A program made the position numbers and the translations under genes. Source: a virus. From it: DNA of 64,000 nucleotides. The notes beneath the pieces were generated by a model. The model searched no databases and had not been told where the DNA came from. It saw nothing but the letters and a program-made list of their open reading frames with translations. The stretch is taken from IMG/VR virus record IMGVR_UViG_3300027509_000012; one strand, written 5' to 3'. Of this stretch, positions 47,650 through 56,821 are shown piece by piece; the first letter of the stretch is position 1; each line of letters begins with the position of its first letter.

Positions 47650-49248
47650 ATGAGTTACATTTCTGCTGTAAAGAAAAACGAAACAGTATTTGTTTGGGAG
47701 CGAGATAACGATGGTAACAGGGTAACTAAATCTTACCCTGCCCCGTTTTATTTTTACTCTGGCGATAAGAATGGAAAGCACACCAGTCTATATGGTGAAC
47801 CACTCGAACGCTATGATTTTACTTCCGACTCTGAGTTTTATAATACGAGAAAGAAAGCTATCCAACATGGATATGATTTGTATGAATCAGATATTCCACC
47901 AGAATTAAAAATCTTATCAGAACATTATTATAATGTTCCCGCACCCAAGCTAAATGTGACCTTCTACGATATAGAGGTTGATTACGATACTAGTATAGGA
48001 TTTAGTTCACCATCTAATCCATACGCGGCTGTGAACGCGATAGCTATGTTTCACACTCATAAAAACCAAATGGTAGTTATTGCCATCCCACCAAAAGATG
48101 CCAACTGTGATGTGCCTGACGTTGGTGTTGCTGGTGAAGATTACATTAAAAAAATGAACGACATTACTCCCATTATAGATGGAGTAGACATTGTGATAGA
48201 ATTCTATAAAACTGAAAAAGAAGTTCTTGAACGGTTTTTATTAGAAATCGAAGATACTGATTTAATATGTGGTTGGAACAACAGTGGATTTGATGATCCA
48301 TACATGGGCAAGCGATTAGAATTAATGGGTAAGAAATATTTTAATAAAATGTCATTTGTTGATGCTCCCAATCCGAAATGGAAAATGGTTGAAATTTTTG
48401 GTAAGGAACAACCAGTCATAGAATTGTTTGGTAGAGTATCATTAGATTATCTTACGCTGTTTAAAAAGTATATGATTGAAAATCAACCATCATATAAACT
48501 AGATAACATTGCAGATAAGTTCTTACGTACTGATGGCAAGCCAGATATGCCAAAATTGGAATACGAAGGATCGCTAGCTAGATTATATAAGGATGATTTT
48601 GATTATTTCATTCGATACAATATCCGTGATACAGAAATTCTGTTTGGTTTTGAAAATAAATTAAAATATGTTGCGCTGGCTAATGAAATGGTGCATTTAT
48701 CTACTGGTTTATTTCAACACGTAGCTGGAACAATCAAATTGCACGAACTATCTGTAATAAATTATTGCCATCACGAAATGGGTGGAGTAATCGTTAACGA
48801 TAAAAGAGATAATGATTGGGGTGAAGAAAAAATCAAAGGTGCAATTGTTTTAGATCCTGTTACTGGAATGCATGAATGGAGTAGTTCAATAGATTTAAAT
48901 AGTCTATATCCTTCTGTAATTCGTGCTAATAATATATCACCAGAAACAAAAATAGGACAATTTAAATTAGAAGAAGCTGCGGTGGACCACATTCGAAGAA
49001 AGAGTGATACCCAATTGATATTTGAAAAGGTTAACGGAAAGATAATATCAAAAACTGGAGCTGATTGGAGGAAGTATTTACTTGATCATAATTGGTGTAT
49101 TAGTGGATTTGGCACAGTGTTTAATATGAATAAGCAGGGAGTTGTTCCTAAAATTTTGGAAGATTGGTATGCTAAAAGAAAAACGTATCAAAAACAAATG
49201 ATAGAAGCTAAAGATGCTGCTGCCAAAATATTAGAGAAGTATAAGTAA
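47650..49248 (+). CDS. Family B DNA polymerase, N-terminal part (exonuclease and palm A)
   Basis: YDIEVD, GWNNSGFDDPY, YNIRD, DLNSLYPS. Confidence 0.93.
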   Translation: MSYISAVKKNETVFVWERDNDGNRVTKSYPAPFYFYSGDKNGKHTSLYGEPLERYDFTSDSEFYNTRKKAIQHGYDLYESDIPPELKILSEHYYNVPAPKLNVTFYDIEVDYDTSIGFSSPSNPYAAVNAIAMFHTHKNQMVVIAIPPKDANCDVPDVGVAGEDYIKKMNDITPIIDGVDIVIEFYKTEKEVLERFLLEIEDTDLICGWNNSGFDDPYMGKRLELMGKKYFNKMSFVDAPNPKWKMVEIFGKEQPVIELFGRVSLDYLTLFKKYMIENQPSYKLDNIADKFLRTDGKPDMPKLEYEGSLARLYKDDFDYFIRYNIRDTEILFGFENKLKYVALANEMVHLSTGLFQHVAGTIKLHELSVINYCHHEMGGVIVNDKRDNDWGEEKIKGAIVLDPVTGMHEWSSSIDLNSLYPSVIRANNISPETKIGQFKLEEAAVDHIRRKSDTQLIFEKVNGKIISKTGADWRKYLLDHNWCISGFGTVFNMNKQGVVPKILEDWYAKRKTYQKQMIEAKDAAAKILEKYK

Positions 49249-51467
49249 TGCCAATTAGAAAAGGAATAAAAATAAGCAAAGAAGATGCAATTGAATATGA
49301 TCGTTTAATTGCGGAAGCTGAATACGCAGACAGAATTCAGTATGTACTGAAAATAAAATTGAATGGTTTTTACGGCGCACTTTCTAATCAACACTTCAAA
49401 TTTGGTGATAGAACATTGGGTGAATCTACAACTGCTGGTGGGAGACATATAGTAACGCATCAACATCGAAAAGTTAATGAACTTTTGGCTGAAGAATATG
49501 ATGAATTTGGTGATGGTATCATATATGGAGATTCAGTAGCTGGTGATACTATTATAAAAACTTCTACTGAATCATTAAAAATTGAAGAATTATTTACCCA
49601 TATAGATGAAATAAAGAATAATAAAGAATATTGCAATCGTGGTGATATAAAATCATTAACCTTTAATGAAGCCACTCAACAAAATGAATATGGAACTATA
49701 AAATACGTAGTTCGTCATGCAGCAAAAAAACAAATGTATCGCATTCATTATGGAAACTTGCGCTATATTGATGTTTCTGAAGATCATTCTCTTATTGGAT
49801 ATGCTAATACTAAATCAAAAACACCCGGTCAATTAGTCAATGTAAAACCTACAGAAATAGGCAAGAATGGTATTAATAGTATGTTATTGAATACTAATAA
49901 TTTACACACACCAACTGATATTACTGAATATCCAAAAGAGTTATATATATTAATGGGTCTTGTATTGGGTGATGGATATGCCGATAATAAAACAAACGGT
50001 TGTACACATTTGTCCACTGGATCTAAAGATAAAGAAGAAATCGTTAAACATGTATTAAATCCCCTGATAGATGCCGGGTGGATTACTAGTATTGGTCATA
50101 GAAAAAATGATCATGATATTAATTTACACGGTGCAAAATTAAGAGTGTTCTTACGTAATCATTTATATGATGATGAATCTATAATAAAAAAAATTCCTGA
50201 TTTTTTATATAATGATTCAATTGAACATATTGGATTATTTTTAAATGGGTTATTTACCGCTGATGGTACTGTCATCAAGGGGATTCCAAGATTATCTTCA
50301 ATAACGATTAATCATATTACTGGTGCAAATGAACTACTTAAATTGTGTGGTATTGGTTCTAATTTTTGGCAAGAAAATACCGAAAATTCATATGATGGAA
50401 TTAAATCTGGAACATTTAGTATTATTCTTAACGTATATGATGCTGTCAGATTTGAACAACTTGTTGGTTTTTCTTTAATAAGAAAACATAACGCAATTAA
50501 ACTCGATTGTAGTACTAGAAAAATACATTTAATTGGTCAAAATGGTTATACGCATATAACTCCCACTAATATAGAAAAGATAGAATCACCAAAATATATT
50601 TACGATATTGAAGTGGAAAATACCCATATGTTTTATGGTAACGATATATTGTTACACAACACTGATTCAACCTACTTTCATACTTTCACTGATAATACAG
50701 AAGATGCTCGTGAAGTAGGAGATGCTATTGCTGATGGTGTAAATAAATCATTTTCTAAATTCATGAAAGAATCATTCTTAATAAATGATGATTTTGATGG
50801 AATAATTCAGTGTGGCCGTGAGATTGTTTCCAAGCGTGGTATTTTTGTCATGAAAAAGAAATACATGCTTCATCTAGTTGATCTAGATGGTTATGATGTA
50901 GACAAACTAAAAGTAATGGGCTTAGATACAAAGCGAACCACAATCCCAAAAACAATATCCACAAAACTAGAAAAATTCATAGAACGATTGCTTAAAGGTG
51001 AGTCGTGGGATGATATTGAACAAGATATTGTTGATTATAAAGATGAATTATTAACTGGAGAAAGTATTCTGGATATCGGAATACCATCTGGAGTTAATAA
51101 GATAGAAGAATACACACAAGCTCTAAAGCTAGATCCAAAGACTTATTTGCCCGGCACTGTTGCGCCCTGTATACACTATAATCAGTGTAGAGAGCTGCAT
51201 AACGACAATGAGAGTCCCATGATAACTTCTGGAATGAAAACAAAGAAGTTTTTCTTAAAAAAGAAGAATGGTAGATTTGGAACTATTTCATTGCCAACTG
51301 ATATGACAATATACGAAATCCCTGAATGGTTTAAGGATTTTGAAATTGATAAAGACACTCACATGGATCGACTTGTCGATGCTCCAATTAATAATGTTAT
51401 TAAGGCTATTGGTGAAGAATCACCAACAAAGCAAAGTATGCATTTAAAATCTTTATTTGAATTCTAA
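49248..51467 (+). CDS. Family B DNA polymerase, C-terminal part, contains an intein
   Basis: KIKLNGFYG, YGD-intein-TDS, KKKY. Confidence 0.93.
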   Translation: MPIRKGIKISKEDAIEYDRLIAEAEYADRIQYVLKIKLNGFYGALSNQHFKFGDRTLGESTTAGGRHIVTHQHRKVNELLAEEYDEFGDGIIYGDSVAGDTIIKTSTESLKIEELFTHIDEIKNNKEYCNRGDIKSLTFNEATQQNEYGTIKYVVRHAAKKQMYRIHYGNLRYIDVSEDHSLIGYANTKSKTPGQLVNVKPTEIGKNGINSMLLNTNNLHTPTDITEYPKELYILMGLVLGDGYADNKTNGCTHLSTGSKDKEEIVKHVLNPLIDAGWITSIGHRKNDHDINLHGAKLRVFLRNHLYDDESIIKKIPDFLYNDSIEHIGLFLNGLFTADGTVIKGIPRLSSITINHITGANELLKLCGIGSNFWQENTENSYDGIKSGTFSIILNVYDAVRFEQLVGFSLIRKHNAIKLDCSTRKIHLIGQNGYTHITPTNIEKIESPKYIYDIEVENTHMFYGNDILLHNTDSTYFHTFTDNTEDAREVGDAIADGVNKSFSKFMKESFLINDDFDGIIQCGREIVSKRGIFVMKKKYMLHLVDLDGYDVDKLKVMGLDTKRTTIPKTISTKLEKFIERLLKGESWDDIEQDIVDYKDELLTGESILDIGIPSGVNKIEEYTQALKLDPKTYLPGTVAPCIHYNQCRELHNDNESPMITSGMKTKKFFLKKKNGRFGTISLPTDMTIYEIPEWFKDFEIDKDTHMDRLVDAPINNVIKAIGEESPTKQSMHLKSLFEF
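49533..50660 (+). mobile_element. Intein (376 aa) with LAGLIDADG endonuclease in the YGDTDS motif
   Basis: Begins SVAGDT, block B SEDHS, LMGLVLGDG and FLNGLFTADG, ends LLHN|T. Confidence 0.93.
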
Positions 51468-51486
51468 GAACTGGTATACTTATATA

Positions 51487-52209
51487 ATGACTAAAATTAA
51501 TTCTGAAGTAACTAAATTTTTAACAGAAGCAGTGAAAACCGCTCATTCAGTGAATGTGCCTAATATCGTTATAGATCAAGATGGTCTACGTGGCTTAGAT
51601 CCAAATAGTAAATTAGTTGTCATACTAAAGCCTGTTATCGATATCAAACTTCCATTTGAGTCATTGGCATTAGGTGATGTATCTAAATTTCTACAACGAA
51701 TGATGATTCACCAAGATAATGATGCTAGCGAAATTTCTTTAGATCAAGATGATAATGGTGGTGTTAAATTAATTAAATTCAAATCAAAAGGTTTGAATAT
51801 AGAATATCGTTGTGTTAAAGCTGCTCTATTCAATAAAATTATACCTAAAAAAGTAAATGATACTTATATTGGTGTTATTACATTAGATGATAATGCAGTT
51901 GAAATGTTAAAGAAGGGTGCTAATACGATGAAATCTGAGCACGTTCTTTTCTATAAACCCAAAGAAGAAAATTCAGTTCAATTTGTATTAAAGGATGATA
52001 CTAAGAGTGAATTCACCTTTGATATAGAAGAAGATTTTTTAAGTATAGAGGAAGATGTAGACATTACATTTGCTAATAATTATCCAGTGAAGACAATTCT
52101 TTCTGCCATGAATGACGCCGACAATTTAGAATTATTAATAGGAGAGAGCGGTACATTAACAATTAAAAAGAATGGTATCGATATTGTCATACCACGGAGA
52201 CTAGTATAA
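51487..52209 (+). CDS. Putative sliding clamp (gp45-like)
   Basis: Follows the polymerase; about 240 aa two-domain pattern; TGgTATACT, 6 nt, ATG. Confidence 0.6.
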   Translation: MTKINSEVTKFLTEAVKTAHSVNVPNIVIDQDGLRGLDPNSKLVVILKPVIDIKLPFESLALGDVSKFLQRMMIHQDNDASEISLDQDDNGGVKLIKFKSKGLNIEYRCVKAALFNKIIPKKVNDTYIGVITLDDNAVEMLKKGANTMKSEHVLFYKPKEENSVQFVLKDDTKSEFTFDIEEDFLSIEEDVDITFANNYPVKTILSAMNDADNLELLIGESGTLTIKKNGIDIVIPRRLV

Positions 52210-52811
52210 TGAATGACCAACACGATTTAACACCGAAGGATGTTGAGGATGATACTCCCTTAATGTCTGAAGCAATGAAAGCAGATCCAGATGATGTACA
52301 GATGGATGTAAATGTTAATTTAAATGAACCTGTATCAGAAGATGATACTCCATTAATGTCAGAAGCCATAGAAAATTCTGATTCAGCCGATATAGACGTA
52401 AATGTAGAAAATCTTAAAGAATCTACATCCGAATCAGTAGAAGGGTTTTCCGAAGTAGGAGAATACATGAAAACTTCTGATGTTCAATCTTATATACAGG
52501 CAGAATTCGAACGTATCTATAAATCTAAATCTACACAAGCTCAAATGGAGATAGATGCACGTAGAGCAATCGAAGATGCTTCTAGGGAAGCATTTGTCGG
52601 ATTGATGAAAGATTCTCCTGAACCGTGGGTTGAAATGACATCATTTAGAATAGACGATAATGGACAAATTCGTACTGAAGTTGATTGGAACGATGCATTC
52701 ATTGCCGAATTAAAAAGAAACAAGTATGAAGGAATTACTGATGAAGAATTAGTTCAGAAGTGGCTTCTCATTATTTTAGCACAAACATCTGAAGGGATTG
52801 CGGAGGAATAA
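52209..52811 (+). CDS. Hypothetical protein with duplicated acidic N-terminal repeat
   Basis: EDDTPLMSEA x2; EPWV...DWNDAFI. Confidence 0.75.
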   Translation: MNDQHDLTPKDVEDDTPLMSEAMKADPDDVQMDVNVNLNEPVSEDDTPLMSEAIENSDSADIDVNVENLKESTSESVEGFSEVGEYMKTSDVQSYIQAEFERIYKSKSTQAQMEIDARRAIEDASREAFVGLMKDSPEPWVEMTSFRIDDNGQIRTEVDWNDAFIAELKRNKYEGITDEELVQKWLLIILAQTSEGIAEE

Positions 52812-53734
52812 TGCGATATTTAATATTTGATGTAAGTAATATTTTACATAAAACCTTTTATGCTCATACTACTGAGGATGATATCACTATTGGTGGTATT
52901 GCTGCTCATAGTGCATTGCTTACGATAAACAAATATTTCAATCTTTATAAACCAGATAAAATCATAATGGCGTTTGATCGTTATTCATGGAGACATGATT
53001 ACACTGCTTCTGATAAATGTATAAGTGGTTTAAAATATAAAGGTGAGCGTCGTAAAAATCAAACACCAAAACAAGAAGAAAAGTATAAACTATTCAAACA
53101 ACATGTAGATGACTTCGAAGATTTAATAGATAAACATACTAAGATAATCAATTTGGCTGCTGATGGTTTAGAAGCTGATGATATTATTTCTGGATGTGTG
53201 CAGACGTTAACTCTAGAAGAAGAAAATGAAGTTTTAATAGTAAGTGCAGATAAGGATTTTATGCAACTTCTTCGCTATGACAATGTACATTTAATAGATC
53301 CTGCTACTGGTGATGAGCGAGACTTATCAGAATATAACAATGATGCTGATTATTTTATGTTTATCAAATGCTTTCGTGGTGAAGGTGCCGGTGGTGATAA
53401 TGTGCAAAGTGCTTATCCTAGAGTAAGAATCAAGAAGCTAGAAGAAGCTTGGAGAGATGAGTTTGCACGTCAAACGATAATGGAACATAAATGGGAACAT
53501 CCCATTTCTGGTAAGAAATTTGTAGTGAAGGATCTACATAAAGAGAATCGATTGCTAATGGATCTAGAAGCCCAACCAGAGGATATAGAAGAATTAATTT
53601 TTGATACTGTAACTGATGGTCTTGCCAGAAAGAAGAAGTTTGATTTCTTTGAATTTCTAAAATTTTGCGGTAAATTTGATCTTAAAAAAGTACAAGAAGG
53701 ATCTGATCATTATATAGATATGTTGTCTCTGTAA
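52811..53734 (+). CDS. RNase H / 5'-3' exonuclease
   Basis: FDVSN, YKGER, EADD, SADKDFMQL, GDNV. Confidence 0.9.
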   Translation: MRYLIFDVSNILHKTFYAHTTEDDITIGGIAAHSALLTINKYFNLYKPDKIIMAFDRYSWRHDYTASDKCISGLKYKGERRKNQTPKQEEKYKLFKQHVDDFEDLIDKHTKIINLAADGLEADDIISGCVQTLTLEEENEVLIVSADKDFMQLLRYDNVHLIDPATGDERDLSEYNNDADYFMFIKCFRGEGAGGDNVQSAYPRVRIKKLEEAWRDEFARQTIMEHKWEHPISGKKFVVKDLHKENRLLMDLEAQPEDIEELIFDTVTDGLARKKKFDFFEFLKFCGKFDLKKVQEGSDHYIDMLSL

Positions 53735-53815
53735 TATTTGTCAGGATCGCCCTATTTTTTTGATGCTAAATAAAAGTATAATAACAAAAACATCTATTTT
53801 TAGGAGATACATAAA

Positions 53816-54253
53816 ATGGCACGTACTAGACCATTAGAAATTTTTAAAACAAACATTCCACATGTAGTTCGTATGGATATCGATGACGATGGTGTAACCC
53901 ATGAATGTGCCGTTGTTAAACAAGATCAACATGGTAATATAATTTATATCAAGATATCTTCATTAGATATGATTGATAGAGAGCGTCTTGGTAAGGTGCT
54001 ACGCAATCGATTTGCTGCTCAACTACCATTATGGGATCTTCTAAGTCAAACTACATTAAAAAATGGTGTAAATGCTTTGGACTATTTTCATCAGGTAGTA
54101 GCTGGAATTAATTCAGATGGAAATAAATTCATACCTAGAGTTGGTACTGCTGGATATACTTCAGTAAACCACACTTTACAGGGACAAGCGCAAACTGCTG
54201 CAACTCAAGCTGCACACGCAGAAGCTAAAAAGGCTGAAGCTAGCTCTGAATAA
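53816..54253 (+). CDS. Hypothetical late protein
   Basis: AGGAG SD; NGVNALDYFHQ. Confidence 0.8.
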   Translation: MARTRPLEIFKTNIPHVVRMDIDDDGVTHECAVVKQDQHGNIIYIKISSLDMIDRERLGKVLRNRFAAQLPLWDLLSQTTLKNGVNALDYFHQVVAGINSDGNKFIPRVGTAGYTSVNHTLQGQAQTAATQAAHAEAKKAEASSE

Positions 54254-54278
54254 TAATTAATTTTTAATTATGTAAATG

Positions 54279-54307
54279 AAAAGGCCAGATTATTTCTGGC
54301 CTTTTTT
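54279..54307. terminator. Bidirectional terminator
   Basis: AAAAGGCCAGA/TCTGGCCTTTT between convergent genes. Confidence 0.85.
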
Positions 54308-54316
54308 GTGGGTTAT

Positions 54317-55486
54317 TTAAACAGTTCGACCGACTGAAACAGTCAATGTATACGTTATGGTTATTTCGCGGGATTCACTTTTAAATATTGGTGTGAAAAT
54401 TAAATGTGTAAGCAATCGCTCACCTTCTAAATCCGAATCTGCGACATTATTCTGAACACCAGCGGCTTCACCTGTTACTGGAGTTAATATAACACCACCC
54501 AACGCTGTAAATAAGTCTGCTGCTGAGCTATCAGCGGTTGGTGCCACAACAACTGACGATGTTGCTCCTGTGCTTCCACTGAGGAATTGTAGGAATCCAA
54601 AGGTTTCTGCGCTTCGAGTAGTTGTAAAACCAGTGCTTCCATCATCAGAAATTTTAATAACAGAACCAGCAGGTAATGGAGATGTTGACCAATCAGAATT
54701 CCATGCTGAATCGCCAGAATTAATTGCTTCTACCAAATCACCATATAAAATCTCACCACTATCACCAGATCCTGCGACTGGCGTAAATGGTATTTCAAGT
54801 TGAGTTCCACTGGTATCTACTTCAATACGAAAACTATATTTCTGACCTACTATTAATCCTGTATCATCAGTAGAAGATTTGGTGCCAACGTTGATATTGG
54901 CATAACCTATGCTGTCAGCCACTCCACGGCCCGATGTGTAGAGTCCTAGCTCATCAAAAGAGAATGATCCGTCTACAGCACTAACGCTCTGAGAGAGCTG
55001 TCCTTGTGGCTCATTGGCATTTAATATCGAAGTTATAACGACTTCGGACGTAATACCTAGATCATTTGATACTACACCAGTACCAAAATCGGCAGTTGGG
55101 TCAGATCCACCACCAGCTCTTGAACCAGATGAATCAGATGAACCTAAATCTTGGCCTAATAGTGAATTTGAATCATCAATTACTTCTGAATAGGTTTCAT
55201 TATATAATCGACTGTTCCAAGTTCTAACATCTGGTGGCTGTCCATCATTTGGTGTTCTAAAGGATACATTAAAACTGGCATCCGTTGATGTTCCACCATT
55301 ACCTAGAGCTATACGGAAAATACTAGAATTATCTTCATTCGATAATGCTCTAGCTATGATTCTAGCCAAGTTTTGTGGATGTACTGCATTTTTCTTGTCT
55401 AGTAAAACTTTGCCAGCATCATCTTTAATTAATACGTGACCTTCTACTCCGACTCCTAAAGTTTCATTTGCTGTGTTTTTTGTCAT
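54317..55486 (-). CDS. Virion structural (baseplate/tail) protein
   Basis: GHVLI...KKNAVH...GNGG...FDELGL...THLIFTPIFKS. Confidence 0.7.
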   Translation of the reverse strand: MTKNTANETLGVGVEGHVLIKDDAGKVLLDKKNAVHPQNLARIIARALSNEDNSSIFRIALGNGGTSTDASFNVSFRTPNDGQPPDVRTWNSRLYNETYSEVIDDSNSLLGQDLGSSDSSGSRAGGGSDPTADFGTGVVSNDLGITSEVVITSILNANEPQGQLSQSVSAVDGSFSFDELGLYTSGRGVADSIGYANINVGTKSSTDDTGLIVGQKYSFRIEVDTSGTQLEIPFTPVAGSGDSGEILYGDLVEAINSGDSAWNSDWSTSPLPAGSVIKISDDGSTGFTTTRSAETFGFLQFLSGSTGATSSVVVAPTADSSAADLFTALGGVILTPVTGEAAGVQNNVADSDLEGERLLTHLIFTPIFKSESREITITYTLTVSVGRTV

Positions 55487-55504
55487 TTTAATATATACTC
55501 TGTT

Positions 55505-56821
55505 TTAAGTTGATTCTAGCCAGCCGCCACCAATAGAATCTATTAATGTGGATGATACTGTAATATTGCTTGTTTGTCCAATTACTTCTATGTCTACAAT
55601 TGTGTGGTTTCCATCATTAGATTCAGAATTAATTGCATTCACCACATCACCATTTTTAAAATACTTACTTACATCGCCATTGACTGTAAATGTATCAGTA
55701 TTAATAACTTCTCTAATAACATATTGAGCGCCATCAATTACGTCATCAGTTCCAACCTCACCCCAGCTAAACGAAATACTTTCTGATAGAGAAGTTTGAA
55801 CTAATCCTTCTGCTTGATCACTAGTAGTTGAATTTGCATTAGCATAAGCTTCATCAATACCATAGAATTTCTCTATTACTTTAGAATTAGCGTAATCATC
55901 ATCTGGATCGATTGTTTCATTAACTCTGATTATAGTCTTATCCGTAGATGCATTATAATAAGTTGCTGCTACAGTAAATTCTCTAGTTTGTTCATTTTCT
56001 AAAAGAGCTACTAACTTAGCTCCAAACGGATATTCTTTTGCAACATCTTCAAATAATAAAATAGAATTTGTATACGTACCATCTTCTATACTTTCATTAG
56101 GTTCAGAACCAACCGTGGTATCTTCAGGGTATGGTAATGGTGCACCGCCCGGTGGTACACTAGTATAAGCAATCTGTTTAGTATTCCCATAACCAGTTAT
56201 AATTGAATGAATGTCTACTGGTTTTATTTGCACAATAGCAGCGTATTCTTCATCGTCACCTAGTGGTGGAATTGCTGATGTATCTTCTAAATCAGTTGTC
56301 ATTTTAAGTAACGTTACAGGATTATTTAAAATACCAAGTATCTGACCAGTTGGTACATATGTAGAAGAAGCTATTACATATTCCGTTTGAACACCAGTCG
56401 TTCTTTCACCAGTTGTAATGTCAATTGCATACAAATCAACTTCTATAGTTCTCCCAGCTCTATAAACAGCCGTTTGATTATCTGGTATTGATACTGAATT
56501 ATTTGAAACATTGTAACTAGGATGGGTTGTGTCAAATGCACCATCTTCTAATGATTGATTAATTGATACTACAGGCCATCCATCAGATGTACCATAACCA
56601 CCTTGACCGAATGTTCCATTTAAAGAATTTAACAATGATGCATTAGTAACGTTGGCTCGACTTGAAATAACAATACCAAAATTAGTAATTAAACTTTCTG
56701 TTATAGCTACCTTTATATCTTCATCATGCACATACTCAGTTAATACCTCTATCACCTTAGAGTGATATGGTTTTATTTCATTTGCATAGTTTATTAAACC
56801 ATTAATTGGATCAGTCATCAA
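55505..56821 (-). CDS. Virion structural protein
   Basis: YANEIKPYHSK motif; beta-rich. Confidence 0.65.
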   Translation of the reverse strand: MMTDPINGLINYANEIKPYHSKVIEVLTEYVHDEDIKVAITESLITNFGIVISSRANVTNASLLNSLNGTFGQGGYGTSDGWPVVSINQSLEDGAFDTTHPSYNVSNNSVSIPDNQTAVYRAGRTIEVDLYAIDITTGERTTGVQTEYVIASSTYVPTGQILGILNNPVTLLKMTTDLEDTSAIPPLGDDEEYAAIVQIKPVDIHSIITGYGNTKQIAYTSVPPGGAPLPYPEDTTVGSEPNESIEDGTYTNSILLFEDVAKEYPFGAKLVALLENEQTREFTVAATYYNASTDKTIIRVNETIDPDDDYANSKVIEKFYGIDEAYANANSTTSDQAEGLVQTSLSESISFSWGEVGTDDVIDGAQYVIREVINTDTFTVNGDVSKYFKNGDVVNAINSESNDGNHTIVDIEVIGQTSNITVSSTLIDSIGGGWLEST

